From contig CANGYM010000003.1 in the NCBI GenBank assembly GCA_947458145.1, positions 6,415 to 38,414 on the forward strand: DNA of 32,000 bases. The letters run 5' to 3'. How positions within the stretch are numbered: position 1 is the stretch's first letter; each line of letters starts with the position of its first letter. Position numbers and translations under genes: made by a program. The notes below the pieces were generated by a model that saw only the letters and a list, made by a program, of their open reading frames with translations, was not told the origin of the DNA and searched no databases. Source of the stretch: Alphaproteobacteria bacterium (GTDB lineage: Bacteria; Pseudomonadota; Alphaproteobacteria; JAJTHO01; CANGYM01). Of this stretch, positions 1 to 8,263 are shown in pieces.

Positions 1-1007
1 TGGTCGCCAAACAATTTTTTGACGGCCCGCACTTCGATGACATCACCCGCAGGGGTAGAGGTTCCATGGGCGTTGATATAGTCAATGGCCTCAACGGGCA
101 GAGCGGCGCGTTTTAAGGCCATGCGCATGCATCGATAGGCACCGTCGCCATCTTCAGCAGGGGCTGTGATATGGTGGGCATCACCCGACAATCCATACCC
201 CGTCAGTTCTGCGTAGATTTTAGCGCCGCGGGCACGGGCGTGTTCCAGCTCTTCTAGGACCAGAATGCCTGCACCTTCACCCATAACAAAGCCGTCCCGT
301 CCCCGATCCCAAGGGCGAGAGGCCTTTTCAGGCGTATCATTGTAACCGGTGGACAGGGCTTTTGCAGAGGCAAATCCGGCCATGCCGACGCGGCAGATGG
401 CGGCTTCTGCGCCGCCGGCCACCATAACATCTGCATCCCCCATTTGAATAAACCGTGCGGCATCGCCGATGGCGTGACTTCCTGACGCACAGGCCGTAAC
501 GACAGCATGGTTAGGGCCACGAAAACCGTGTTTGATGGAAATTTGCCCACTGGCCAGATTGATCAGGCTGGATGGGATAAAGAAAGGGCTAACCCTGCGG
601 GGGCCGCGTTCAGCCAGCAACAGGGAGGATCGTTCAATTTCCGGCAATCCCCCGATACCTGAACCAATCATCACACCCGTCTGGTCGGCATCATGATCAT
701 TTTGGGGCGCCCATCCCGCATTCGCAATGGCTTCATCCGCCGCGATCATGGCGTACAAAATGAAATCATCCATGCGCCGGCGATCTTTGTCCGTGATATA
801 GGCAGCAGGATCAAACAGATCCGGATGATGCATCAACTGTCCCGCAATGCGGCAGGGAAGGTCATCCGTTGGAAATCCCAGAATAGGCCGCAGCGCGGAT
901 TGTCCACCAATCAGAAGGGGCCAAGTTTTTTCAACCCCCACACCAAAAGGGGACACAAGGCCCATTCCAGTTACAACAACACGGCGCAAACGAAAGGATT
1001 CTGCCAT
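1..1007 (-). CDS. fabF: 3-oxoacyl-[acyl-carrier-protein] synthase II, partial (C-terminus lies beyond window start)
   Basis: Absent from the ORF track because it is open at the window edge. Manual minus-strand translation from ATG 1007-1005 gives MAESFRLRRVVVTGMGLVSPFGVGVEKTW. The active-site block TACASGSHAIGDA is in frame (Cys codon 491-489). INAHGTSTPAGD lies near position 1. The gene sits directly downstream of acpP, as in fab clusters. Confidence 0.9.
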   Translation of the reverse strand, partial: MAESFRLRRVVVTGMGLVSPFGVGVEKTWPLLIGGQSALRPILGFPTDDLPCRIAGQLMHHPDLFDPAAYITDKDRRRMDDFILYAMIAADEAIANAGWAPQNDHDADQTGVMIGSGIGGLPEIERSSLLLAERGPRRVSPFFIPSSLINLASGQISIKHGFRGPNHAVVTACASGSHAIGDAARFIQMGDADVMVAGGAEAAICRVGMAGFASAKALSTGYNDTPEKASRPWDRGRDGFVMGEGAGILVLEELEHARARGAKIYAELTGYGLSGDAHHITAPAEDGDGAYRCMRMALKRAALPVEAIDYINAHGTSTPAGDVIEVRAVKKLFGD

Positions 1008-1058
1008 AACTATCCTCGGATGAAGTCAGACGGGGATGTCAAAGAGCTAGGCCAAGCC

Positions 1059-1298
1059 TTAAGCAGCGGCAGCATTTTGCTCAATAAAAGAAATGGCGTC
1101 CTGAACGGTCTGAATTTTCTCTGCAGCATCATCAGGGATTTCAACGCCGAATTCTTCTTCGAATGCCATGACCAGTTCGACTGTATCGAGGCTGTCTGCC
1201 CCAAGGTCATCCATGAAGCTGGCACCAGCGACCACTTTGCTTTCGTCGACCCCTAAGTGATCAACAACAATTTTCTTGACGCGTCCAAAAATATCCAT
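1059..1298 (-). CDS. acpP: acyl carrier protein
   Basis: 79 aa. [25 protein letters not shown] carries the phosphopantetheine-attachment DSL motif. Size and acidic composition are typical. Confidence 0.95.
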   Translation of the reverse strand: MDIFGRVKKIVVDHLGVDESKVVAGASFMDDLGADSLDTVELVMAFEEEFGVEIPDDAAEKIQTVQDAISFIEQNAAAA

Positions 1299-1384
1299 GA
1301 TTCATCATCCATTCGTTTATGATTGAGAGATGGGACATGATTTAGCCGTCTTTAAAACAGAAATCAAGGCCAGAAATTACCTTT

Positions 1385-2137
1385 ATGACGGAAGACTACC
1401 AATCCTTGATTATCCTGAGAGAAAAGCGCGATTACGGTGCTTTGGATGGGATTTTAGAGAAAAAATTTTTCCGTTTGTATCATGTCCCCGTTTTTAATTA
1501 TGAATTTTTCCCCCCTTTAAAACGCCCTGCCGCCTCTAGCGCGTTGCTTTTTTCCAGTCGCGCAGGGGTTCGGGCGGCATCTGTTCTTTTGCGTCAGATG
1601 GAAAAAGCGCATTGTTTTGTGATCGGGGAGGACACGCAGAATGCCCTTAGGGCTTCTGGTTTTCAAGGAAAAATCGAGCGTTTTTTGACCATACAGGATT
1701 TTTTGGAGCATTGGGTACAGACAAAACGAAAAGATATCAAAGCCGTTCATTATTACAGGGGCGAGGTTGTTAAAAACCCCAACCTCAATCAGCAGCTGTC
1801 TGCCTTAGGTTTGGGGTATAGCGAGGAAATCGTCTATAAAACAGGCTTGATTAAGGAGATTCCCGAATCCATTCTGGCCCTGATGAAAGAATCCAAGCGT
1901 TCCTTAGGTTATGTTGCGGTTTCAGAGCGGGCCATGCGTCATTGGGATAATTTGATTTTCTATCATTGTCTCGTCCCTTTATATCGTAAGGGGCACCTGT
2001 TTTGTTTGAGCAAGGATGTTGCATGCGGGTCACGAGTTATGCCACAATCATCAACGACTGTACCGTTAGAGCCCACAACCACATCTCTGATTGCGTGCAT
2101 TCAATCCTATTATAAGTATTCCCCGCCTATAGGTTAG
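1385..2137 (+). CDS. hemD: uroporphyrinogen-III synthase-like protein (HemD family, divergent)
   Basis: 250 aa. The N-terminal LIILREKRD...L pattern and ALLFSSRAGVRA resemble the two-lobed HemD fold signatures. It lies immediately upstream of a Mic60-like/HemY-like pair, the usual HemD context. The similarity is weak and judged by eye. Confidence 0.55.
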   Translation: MTEDYQSLIILREKRDYGALDGILEKKFFRLYHVPVFNYEFFPPLKRPAASSALLFSSRAGVRAASVLLRQMEKAHCFVIGEDTQNALRASGFQGKIERFLTIQDFLEHWVQTKRKDIKAVHYYRGEVVKNPNLNQQLSALGLGYSEEIVYKTGLIKEIPESILALMKESKRSLGYVAVSERAMRHWDNLIFYHCLVPLYRKGHLFCLSKDVACGSRVMPQSSTTVPLEPTTTSLIACIQSYYKYSPPIG

Positions 2138-2172
2138 TGCGTTGGTGGGGTGAGTGAGTTGGTGCACACGCT

Positions 2173-3189
2173 ATGAATCTTTCTAACGAAGCCACCATGT
2201 CCAAAAAATTTACAAGGCGCCCCGTTTTCCGTTGGTTATGGATTGCCTTTATCGGGATTGCGTTGGCCTTTGCGGCGGGGTTGGCGGTTGGCCATTATGG
2301 GAATTTTTTTCCTGTTCAAAAGACCCATCCTGCGGCGCCGGCGCCGTCCGTGACTTTAGCGCCCCTTCAGTTACAGCTGGACCGCATTGAAGGGTTGCTG
2401 ACAGAGCTTTCCCGCCGCATTCCCCAGTCCCCCGAGGCACCCTCCCCTGCCCCCTTGTCCTTATCTTTATTGGGATCTTTGGACTTTTCGGAAAAGTCCT
2501 CGGCTGAGGGTAAACAATCCCCCGATACAGATTTGATTTTGGGTAAGGATCTTTTGGATGATCTGTTGTTTTTTTTCGCATCCCAGCCCCTGACGTCACG
2601 GGATGTTGATGCGTTGTTGCGTTTGATGCAAAATCTTTTTCCTGAAAAAAAGACCGATGATCTTTTGATTTTGCGATCCTCCTATGCCCATTTTGTGGAT
2701 CAAGCCGAAGGGTTGGTGTTGCTGCCTGAGCCTATTGTTGGGGCGAGTGAGCCACCATCCCCTGCACCGGCGTCGTTTTGGTCGGGTTTTTTGAGTCATT
2801 TTGTGACGGTTCGCGGCCCAGGTGAGCTGAACGCCGACGATGCTTCGGCCGTGCCCGAGGTGGTGGGTGTTTATAACGATGCCTATGACGCCTGGCAAAA
2901 CACAATTTTACCGGCCCTGCGCAAAGGACGCCCAGAGGAAGCTGCGGAGTTTGTTCAAAAGTTGGATGCACGGGCTTTGTTTGCCGACGATGCCCGCTGG
3001 CAAATCTGGAAACAGGATTTCGCGGCATGGCTTCGGTGTTATCTGTGGCTGCGTTCCGCACGCATGGATATGACGCGCCAAATGATTCAACAGATGACGG
3101 ATCATACTTCACCCGCCCCCATAACGCCGCCCCATGATTCCTTTGTGCCGGAAAGTCCCGTGGACAACCAGAAAGAGGGGGCGCCATGA
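2173..3189 (+). CDS. membrane-anchored Mic60/mitofilin-like protein (usually annotated hypothetical or HemX-like)
   Basis: 338 aa with a single N-terminal TM helix (WLWIAFIGIALAFAAGLAVG) and Pro/Ser/Ala-rich spacers. The C-terminal block FWSGFLSHFVTVRG...DAWQNTILPALRKG...ARWQIWKQDFAAWL resembles the mitofilin domain. An ATGA overlap couples it to the downstream hemY-like gene. The start could instead be the ATG at 2197. Confidence 0.45.
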   Translation: MNLSNEATMSKKFTRRPVFRWLWIAFIGIALAFAAGLAVGHYGNFFPVQKTHPAAPAPSVTLAPLQLQLDRIEGLLTELSRRIPQSPEAPSPAPLSLSLLGSLDFSEKSSAEGKQSPDTDLILGKDLLDDLLFFFASQPLTSRDVDALLRLMQNLFPEKKTDDLLILRSSYAHFVDQAEGLVLLPEPIVGASEPPSPAPASFWSGFLSHFVTVRGPGELNADDASAVPEVVGVYNDAYDAWQNTILPALRKGRPEEAAEFVQKLDARALFADDARWQIWKQDFAAWLRCYLWLRSARMDMTRQMIQQMTDHTSPAPITPPHDSFVPESPVDNQKEGAP

Positions 3190-4391
3190 AAACGGCCATA
3201 ACCCTAGTTTTGCTGGTTGTTTTGGTGGCGGGTATTCAGTTTCTTTCTGCCGATACGGTGACGATTTTGCTGGCTGGATATGAAATCAGCATGTCCCTGT
3301 CTGTGGCGTTAACGTTTATATTGATTTTGTTTTTTTTGGCCCATGGGGTGCTCAGCAGCATTGCCTCCCTGATGGCATGGTCACAACATCGCAGTTTGCG
3401 CCGCCAGTTGCAGCGTTCGCAGGAATCGTTGGACACCTTGGGCCTGTGTTGGCAGGCGGTGGTGTTGCAGGACAAAAAGGGCGCCGATCGCCATTTGGGG
3501 GTTTTGAAAAAGTCGCTCAGGGACAATCCGTTGCTCCCCTATTTGCAGGGCCGTGTTTGTGAAATGAAGGGGGATATGGAGGGGGCCCGTCAGGCGTACC
3601 AAGCCCTGATGTTTGATCCCAAGCTGAGCGCGTTGGGGATTCGCGAGCTGACCCATTTGCCTGATAATCAAACGAAAGATCCCTTTCAGTGGCTGAGTAC
3701 CCTGAGTGTTGAGCAGAGACAGGAGCCTTGGGCCGTTCGCGCCCTGATGGCGCGGGCCTTGGTGACGGCAGACATCGACGGGGCAAACCAACTGTTTCGC
3801 ACCCATCGCCGGATTTTTGATGCCAAGGAAAGCCTGCGCATGGAAAAAGCCATTGCGGCGGTAGAGGCCAAACAATTCTGGCAGGTGTATACTGACAGCC
3901 AAAAACAGGATCCGGACGCCCTTGCTCAGGCCCAAGAGGCTTTTAAAAAAGCCTATCAACGGGATCGCAGCGATGTTTCCATGCGCTCTCTTTACGCAGG
4001 GTCCCTGTGTGAAACCGATGCGCGGGAGGCCCTTTCCCTGATGAAAAAAATCCTGCCCCAAGGCGCAGGGTTTTTGTTTGTGCAAACCCTGTTGATGCAA
4101 ATCATCCGGTCTTTACCGGAAAAAGAGCGCACGAAAACCATAAAATCCATGGATATCAAAGAAAATTCCCCCCTGTATCATCGCCTGATGGCCTCTGTTT
4201 TTGAGAGTTTGGGGTTTGTTGAAAAGCTGGCCTATCACGAAGCCGAGGTTATCCGTTTGCAGCCCTCAGACACCGATGCTCTTCGTCATGCTTGGATCTG
4301 TGATCACTGTCAGGATCAAAGCGTGACGTGGCAGCCCGTTTGCGGGAATTGTAAAACCATAGGGTCATACACCATGGCAATCTCCAGTTAA
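3186..4391 (+). CDS. hemY: HemY-like TPR membrane protein (HemY N-terminal domain family)
   Basis: 401 aa with two N-terminal TM helices and a helical-repeat (TPR-like) body. The C-terminal CDHC-x11-CGNC zinc-ribbon-like motif is, as I recall, typical of alphaproteobacterial HemY-like proteins. Its start overlaps the upstream stop by 4 nt. Confidence 0.6.
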   Translation: MKTAITLVLLVVLVAGIQFLSADTVTILLAGYEISMSLSVALTFILILFFLAHGVLSSIASLMAWSQHRSLRRQLQRSQESLDTLGLCWQAVVLQDKKGADRHLGVLKKSLRDNPLLPYLQGRVCEMKGDMEGARQAYQALMFDPKLSALGIRELTHLPDNQTKDPFQWLSTLSVEQRQEPWAVRALMARALVTADIDGANQLFRTHRRIFDAKESLRMEKAIAAVEAKQFWQVYTDSQKQDPDALAQAQEAFKKAYQRDRSDVSMRSLYAGSLCETDAREALSLMKKILPQGAGFLFVQTLLMQIIRSLPEKERTKTIKSMDIKENSPLYHRLMASVFESLGFVEKLAYHEAEVIRLQPSDTDALRHAWICDHCQDQSVTWQPVCGNCKTIGSYTMAISS

Positions 4392-4406
4392 GATGCTGTA
4401 TTAACA

Positions 4407-4937
4407 ATGAATCGCGCGTTATTTTTGGATCGTGATGGGGTGATTAACCAAGAGGTGAATTATGCCCATCGTCCTGACCAGATTGTGTTTGTTGAGGGTA
4501 TTTTTGATCTTTGTCACGCGGCCCAGAATTTAGGATATTTTTTGATTGTGGTCACCAATCAGGCAGGGATCGGGCGGGGGTATTATACTGAGGCCCAATT
4601 TCACCACCTCACCCAATGGATTGACTATCAGTTTAAGGATAGGGGTATCCTTTTGCACGAAACCTATTTTTGTCCGGATCATCCGGACCATGGGTTAGGG
4701 CCGTATAAAAAAGAATCCTTTGATCGCAAGCCCCACCCTGGCATGATTTTGAAAGGCATAGAAAAATATGGCCTTTCGCCGGAATCCTCTCTGATGATCG
4801 GGGACCGCGAAACCGATATGCAGGCCGCCCGCGCCGCCTGTATCGGAACAAAGCTGTTGCTTTGCCCCGAAAAACCCCAGCAAACAGACGCGGATTGTTG
4901 GATTACGGGGTTGCATCAGGGGATGGAGTATCTTTAG
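4407..4937 (+). CDS. gmhB: D-glycero-beta-D-manno-heptose-1,7-bisphosphate 7-phosphatase (HAD-IIIA)
   Basis: 176 aa. HAD motif I is FLDRDGVIN and motif II is VVTNQAGIGRG. Also present are CPDHP...DRKPHPGM and MIGDRETDMQAA. The colinear match to GmhB is recalled from memory. Confidence 0.8.
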   Translation: MNRALFLDRDGVINQEVNYAHRPDQIVFVEGIFDLCHAAQNLGYFLIVVTNQAGIGRGYYTEAQFHHLTQWIDYQFKDRGILLHETYFCPDHPDHGLGPYKKESFDRKPHPGMILKGIEKYGLSPESSLMIGDRETDMQAARAACIGTKLLLCPEKPQQTDADCWITGLHQGMEYL

Positions 4938-4966
4938 GATTTTCTCGGGCATCATCGGCGGGGGGA

Positions 4967-5473
4967 TTAAAGACAAAACCCCCTGCGAGCCACAATTTTT
5001 TTATCCGACAGGCGAATCTCCACCACAGCATCCTTGATCAACGGCAGGGTGACCTCCCCCCCTGAGGGGGTTTGGATGTCAAAAAAATCGCCAGCCCCAT
5101 AATTTTGCACAGCGATCACCTGCCCCAGAACGTCCCCGGTCTCTTCATCCACAACCACGGATCCGATCAGATCTGTGTGATACCACGCATCGTCCTCTAA
5201 AACCGGTAGGGCGCTGCGGGCAATGCCCAGCTCGACACCGCGCAGGGTTTCGGCGTGCGTGCGGGTTGTGACCCCATCGAAATGCAAAACCCAGCCCTTT
5301 CCCTGTGGGCGACTTTTTTTGATCACAAAGGCATCCCCTGTCACCGTTTTCAGGGTGCCATAGGTCATCAGGGTTTTGGGGTCATGATAGGCGTGAATGA
5401 TCACATCACCGCCCAGGCTATGGGCCCGCACAATTCGGCACAGGGGCACAAAATCATCCGCTGTCGCCATCAT
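4967..5473 (-). CDS. rimM: 16S rRNA processing protein RimM
   Basis: 168 aa. Motifs include RIVRAHSLGGDV, DAWYHTDLIG and the PRC-barrel-type NYGAGDFFDI. Its start overlaps the bolA-like stop by 4 nt. Confidence 0.85.
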   Translation of the reverse strand: MMATADDFVPLCRIVRAHSLGGDVIIHAYHDPKTLMTYGTLKTVTGDAFVIKKSRPQGKGWVLHFDGVTTRTHAETLRGVELGIARSALPVLEDDAWYHTDLIGSVVVDEETGDVLGQVIAVQNYGAGDFFDIQTPSGGEVTLPLIKDAVVEIRLSDKKIVARRGFCL

Positions 5474-5706
5474 GATTCGGGAACGCTGGTTTTCAGGGCT
5501 AGGGCGTGAAGCTCGGTCCCCATTTTTCCCTGCAGCGCCTGATACACCATTTGATGCTGCTGAATGCGGGTTTTTCCAACAAAATCTGCCGATATAACAT
5601 GGGCAGAATAGTGATCCCCGTCCCCAGCCAAATCCTCAATATGGACTTGGGCGCCTGGAAAAGCCGAGAGAATCATTGTTTTTAGGGTGTTTGCATCCAT
5701 GGCCAT
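5470..5706 (-). CDS. bolA: BolA family protein
   Basis: 78 aa. DGDHYSAHVISADFVGKTRIQQHQMVYQAL...ELHALALKT matches the BolA/IbaG pattern. Confidence 0.8.
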   Translation of the reverse strand: MAMDANTLKTMILSAFPGAQVHIEDLAGDGDHYSAHVISADFVGKTRIQQHQMVYQALQGKMGTELHALALKTSVPES

Positions 5707-5717
5707 AGCGTCAAACC

Positions 5718-6182
5718 CTATTTGTTTGCGTCTTTTTCATTGGGTAAGGAAGAAAAGCGGCCGTAATTCCCCAGCAGCTGTTCAATGGCAGAGAGCTTGT
5801 GCCCCGCCGTGGGTGTGGCTTGGCTTTCATAGCTGATTTCGCGGTAAGCATCTGTGCCCCGCATAACAAAGGCATCCAAAACACCCTGATCGTCAAAGGA
5901 CACAATTACGATTTTTTGTTCCAGCAATTTGGGGCCACCAAAGGGTTGTTGTTCAACCTTTTGGCCGATGTAATGCCAGATGTTCGGATCAAAGGTGGAG
6001 ATGGTCGTGGGTGTGCCCAGCAAAGATCGCACGTCATCTTTTTTCAAAACCCCCACACGCAAGGATTGCACTTTGTCGTCGGGCAGAATTTCCCCGTTGG
6101 TTTTCACAATGGGGGCACACGATGCGACAAACAAAATGACGCCATAGGCCAAAAGCCAGAAAAGCATGCCAAAACGTTTCAT
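5718..6182 (-). CDS. bamE: outer membrane protein assembly factor BamE (SmpA/OmlA lipoprotein)
   Basis: The lipobox VASC follows a hydrophobic signal (MKRFGMLFWLLAYGVILFVASC). The SmpA_OmlA-like core is LRVGVLKKDDVRSLLGTPTT...WHYIG. I trimmed the start from the track ORF (6215) to the ATG at 6182, which gives a normal signal peptide. Confidence 0.75.
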   Translation of the reverse strand: MKRFGMLFWLLAYGVILFVASCAPIVKTNGEILPDDKVQSLRVGVLKKDDVRSLLGTPTTISTFDPNIWHYIGQKVEQQPFGGPKLLEQKIVIVSFDDQGVLDAFVMRGTDAYREISYESQATPTAGHKLSAIEQLLGNYGRFSSLPNEKDANK

Positions 6183-6298
6183 AGAATCCCAAAAAATTAA
6201 CAAGCTGATGACCATGACAAAGCCAGAAAAGGCAAGCCTGTGTCAATAACTAAAACAGTGGGGATGGTTCATCCATTTCTTCCTTGCCAAAAGCTCTG

Positions 6299-6327
6299 CC
6301 CTACCCTTTTATGGGTGGGGTTTTTTT
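6299..6327 (+). terminator. intrinsic-terminator-like hairpin plus T7 tract with no upstream plus-strand gene (candidate attenuator or sRNA 3' end)
   Basis: CCCTACCC (6299-6306), loop TTTTAT, GGGTGGGG (6313-6320): 8 bp including one G-U pair. TTTTTTT follows at 6321-6327. It lies 34 nt upstream of the ispA ATG. Confidence 0.45.
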
Positions 6328-6361
6328 ATGCCACAGCCACCGCGCCAAAATTGCCAAAATT

Positions 6362-7225
6362 ATGACCTATTTCCCCCTGTTTTTAAAAACGTTTGCCGAA
6401 GATCTGGATGCCTTTATGGGCAAGGCATTGTCGGAAAACCATATTTTGGATCAGGCCATGCGCTATAGCGCCGTTCCCTCTGGCAAGGCCATACGCGGAT
6501 TTTTGGTGCGGGAAAGTTTGCGTTTGGCGGGATTTTCCGAGGATGCTTTTTGGGACATTGCGGCGGCTTTTGAGTTGTTTCACACCTATTCCCTGATTCA
6601 TGATGATCTGCCCTGTATGGACAATGCGGCATTGCGGCGGGGGCGGCCCACGTGTCATCTGGCCTTTGATGAAGCCACCGCCGTTTTGGCAGGGGACGCT
6701 TTGCAGGCCGAGGCTTTTGTTCTGCTGTCCACCCCAAGCCCCTCGTTTCAATCCAAAGGTCAAATCCGCCTGATTCATCGTTTGGCCGTATCTGCGGGGC
6801 GCTGCGGCATGGCTTTGGGTCAGGCCATCGATATTGCCGGCACGGTCAATACGCTGCAGGATTTAAAGGCCATGCACCTGTTAAAAACCGGTGTTTTGAT
6901 TCAAACGGCGGCCATGGCGGGGGGCTTGCTTGGCGGTGATGAGGGGTTTACCCACACCATGGAAACCTTTGGGGGGCTGTTGGGTCTGGCCTTTCAAGTG
7001 CGTGATGATTTGCTGGATATCGAAGGGTGCCCACAGGAAACAGGAAAAACCGCAGGCCAAGATCAACACAATCAGCGCGTAACGTTTATCAATCTTTTGG
7101 GCCCCACAGGCAGTCAAGACCTGCTGCGTGATTTGGAAAAACAAGCGGGGGATTGCCTTGCGACCCTGCCCAACGCGGGCCATTTGCCGGATCTTCTGTC
7201 CTTTATTATCCACCGGCGCTGGTAG
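6362..7225 (+). CDS. ispA: (2E,6E)-farnesyl/geranylgeranyl diphosphate synthase (polyprenyl synthetase family)
   Basis: The first Asp-rich motif is LIHDDLPCMDNAALRRGRPTCH and the second is FQVRDDLLD. I moved the start from the track TTG (6284) to the ATG at 6362, because the extension contains the hairpin above and no homologous sequence. Confidence 0.85.
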   Translation: MTYFPLFLKTFAEDLDAFMGKALSENHILDQAMRYSAVPSGKAIRGFLVRESLRLAGFSEDAFWDIAAAFELFHTYSLIHDDLPCMDNAALRRGRPTCHLAFDEATAVLAGDALQAEAFVLLSTPSPSFQSKGQIRLIHRLAVSAGRCGMALGQAIDIAGTVNTLQDLKAMHLLKTGVLIQTAAMAGGLLGGDEGFTHTMETFGGLLGLAFQVRDDLLDIEGCPQETGKTAGQDQHNQRVTFINLLGPTGSQDLLRDLEKQAGDCLATLPNAGHLPDLLSFIIHRRW

Positions 7226-7333
7226 GGCCGAGGGGGCTGGCGTTTGGGGGCGTGTCTTTCTCTTTACAGAGGCACCAAGAGCTTGATACAAAGAAACGAG
7301 GCCCCTGAACATTCATAAAGGACAAAGGACGCT

Positions 7334-7660
7334 ATGCAGCCGCAAATGAATCAAATTTTACAACAAGCCCAAAAAATGCAGCAAAAGCTTCAGCAAGCCC
7401 AGCAAGAGGTTGAGAAGATTGAGCGCGAAGGGACATCCGGCGGGGGCATGGTGAAAATCACCCTGAACGGTAAGTTTCAAGCCCGAGGTTTAAAAGTTGA
7501 CCCCAGCCTGCTGAAGGAAGAAGAGCGCGATGTTTTAGAAGACTTGATCGTGGCGGCCATCAATGACGCCCACCAAAAAATCGAACAGGCGTCACAAGAA
7601 ACCATGAGCAAAGTTACGGCGGGCATGCCGTTACCCCCTGGCATGAAATTGCCTTTCTAA
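7334..7660 (+). CDS. ybaB: nucleoid-associated protein YbaB/EbfC
   Basis: 108 aa with a Gln-rich N-terminus. SGGGMVKITLNGKFQ...LKVDPSLL...DVLEDLIVAAINDA is typical of YbaB. The gene precedes recR. Confidence 0.9.
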   Translation: MQPQMNQILQQAQKMQQKLQQAQQEVEKIEREGTSGGGMVKITLNGKFQARGLKVDPSLLKEEERDVLEDLIVAAINDAHQKIEQASQETMSKVTAGMPLPPGMKLPF

Positions 7661-7664
7661 AGGT

Positions 7665-8258
7665 ATGATCCAGGGCGAAGAAATGCAGCAGGCCATAAAG
7701 GTTTTGGCCCAGCTGCCTGGGTTTGGTCAGCGTTCTGCGCGTCGCGCCCTGTTGCATTTGTTGATTCACAAAGACAGGAAAATGGCGCCTTTGATTCAGG
7801 CCCTAAAAACCTGCCATGATACCATCGTCGCCTGCCGGATGTGTGGTCATCTGGATACCGTGAATCCGTGTCACATTTGCCAGTCCCCCCGTCGTCATCG
7901 TCACCAGTTGTGTGTTGTTGAGTCCGTTTCGGACCTGTGGGCCATGGAGCGAACAGGCAGTTACCACGGCCTTTATCATGTTCTTGGGGGGGTTCTCTCC
8001 GCCATGGACGATGTGCGCCCTGAACATTTGGGGTTGTCCCGATTGATCGAAAGGGTGGATGATTTGCAGGTGGAGGAGGTTATTTTTGCCCTGAATGCCT
8101 CGTTAGAGGCCCAGACCACAGTTTTCGTCATCACAGAATCCCTGCCCAAAAGTCTGAAAATCACCCAGCTGGCCCAGGGCATTCCCATAGGGGGGGAGCT
8201 GGATTATATGGATGATGCCACCCTGCAAACCGCTCTTCAGCGGCGCGGGGTTTTATAA
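7665..8258 (+). CDS. recR: recombination protein RecR
   Basis: 197 aa. LAQLPGFGQRSARRA is the helix-hairpin-helix region. A CRMCGH...CHIC zinc finger and a Toprim-like VVESVSDLWAMERTG are present. Confidence 0.92.
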   Translation: MIQGEEMQQAIKVLAQLPGFGQRSARRALLHLLIHKDRKMAPLIQALKTCHDTIVACRMCGHLDTVNPCHICQSPRRHRHQLCVVESVSDLWAMERTGSYHGLYHVLGGVLSAMDDVRPEHLGLSRLIERVDDLQVEEVIFALNASLEAQTTVFVITESLPKSLKITQLAQGIPIGGELDYMDDATLQTALQRRGVL

Positions 8259-8263
8259 TCACA

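Noticed and set aside
693-1256. 187-aa plus-strand ORF spanning the fabF start and acpP.
   Set aside because: It is antisense to two confidently identified genes (the fabF active-site region is in frame with ATG 1007, and acpP carries the DSL motif). Its protein has no recognisable features.
1299-1384. Divergent promoters for acpP and hemD in the 86-nt spacer.
   Set aside because: The spacer is AT-rich with several weak hexamer matches, but no pair has convincing consensus and spacing. It is not reportable without transcription start data.
7226-7333. Possible SRP (4.5S/ffs) RNA upstream of ybaB-recR, since ffs-dnaX-ybaB-recR is a common order.
   Set aside because: I could not find the conserved domain IV signature (GGAAGCAGCC-like motif with a symmetric loop) or a long hairpin in these 108 nt. 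dnaX is also absent here.
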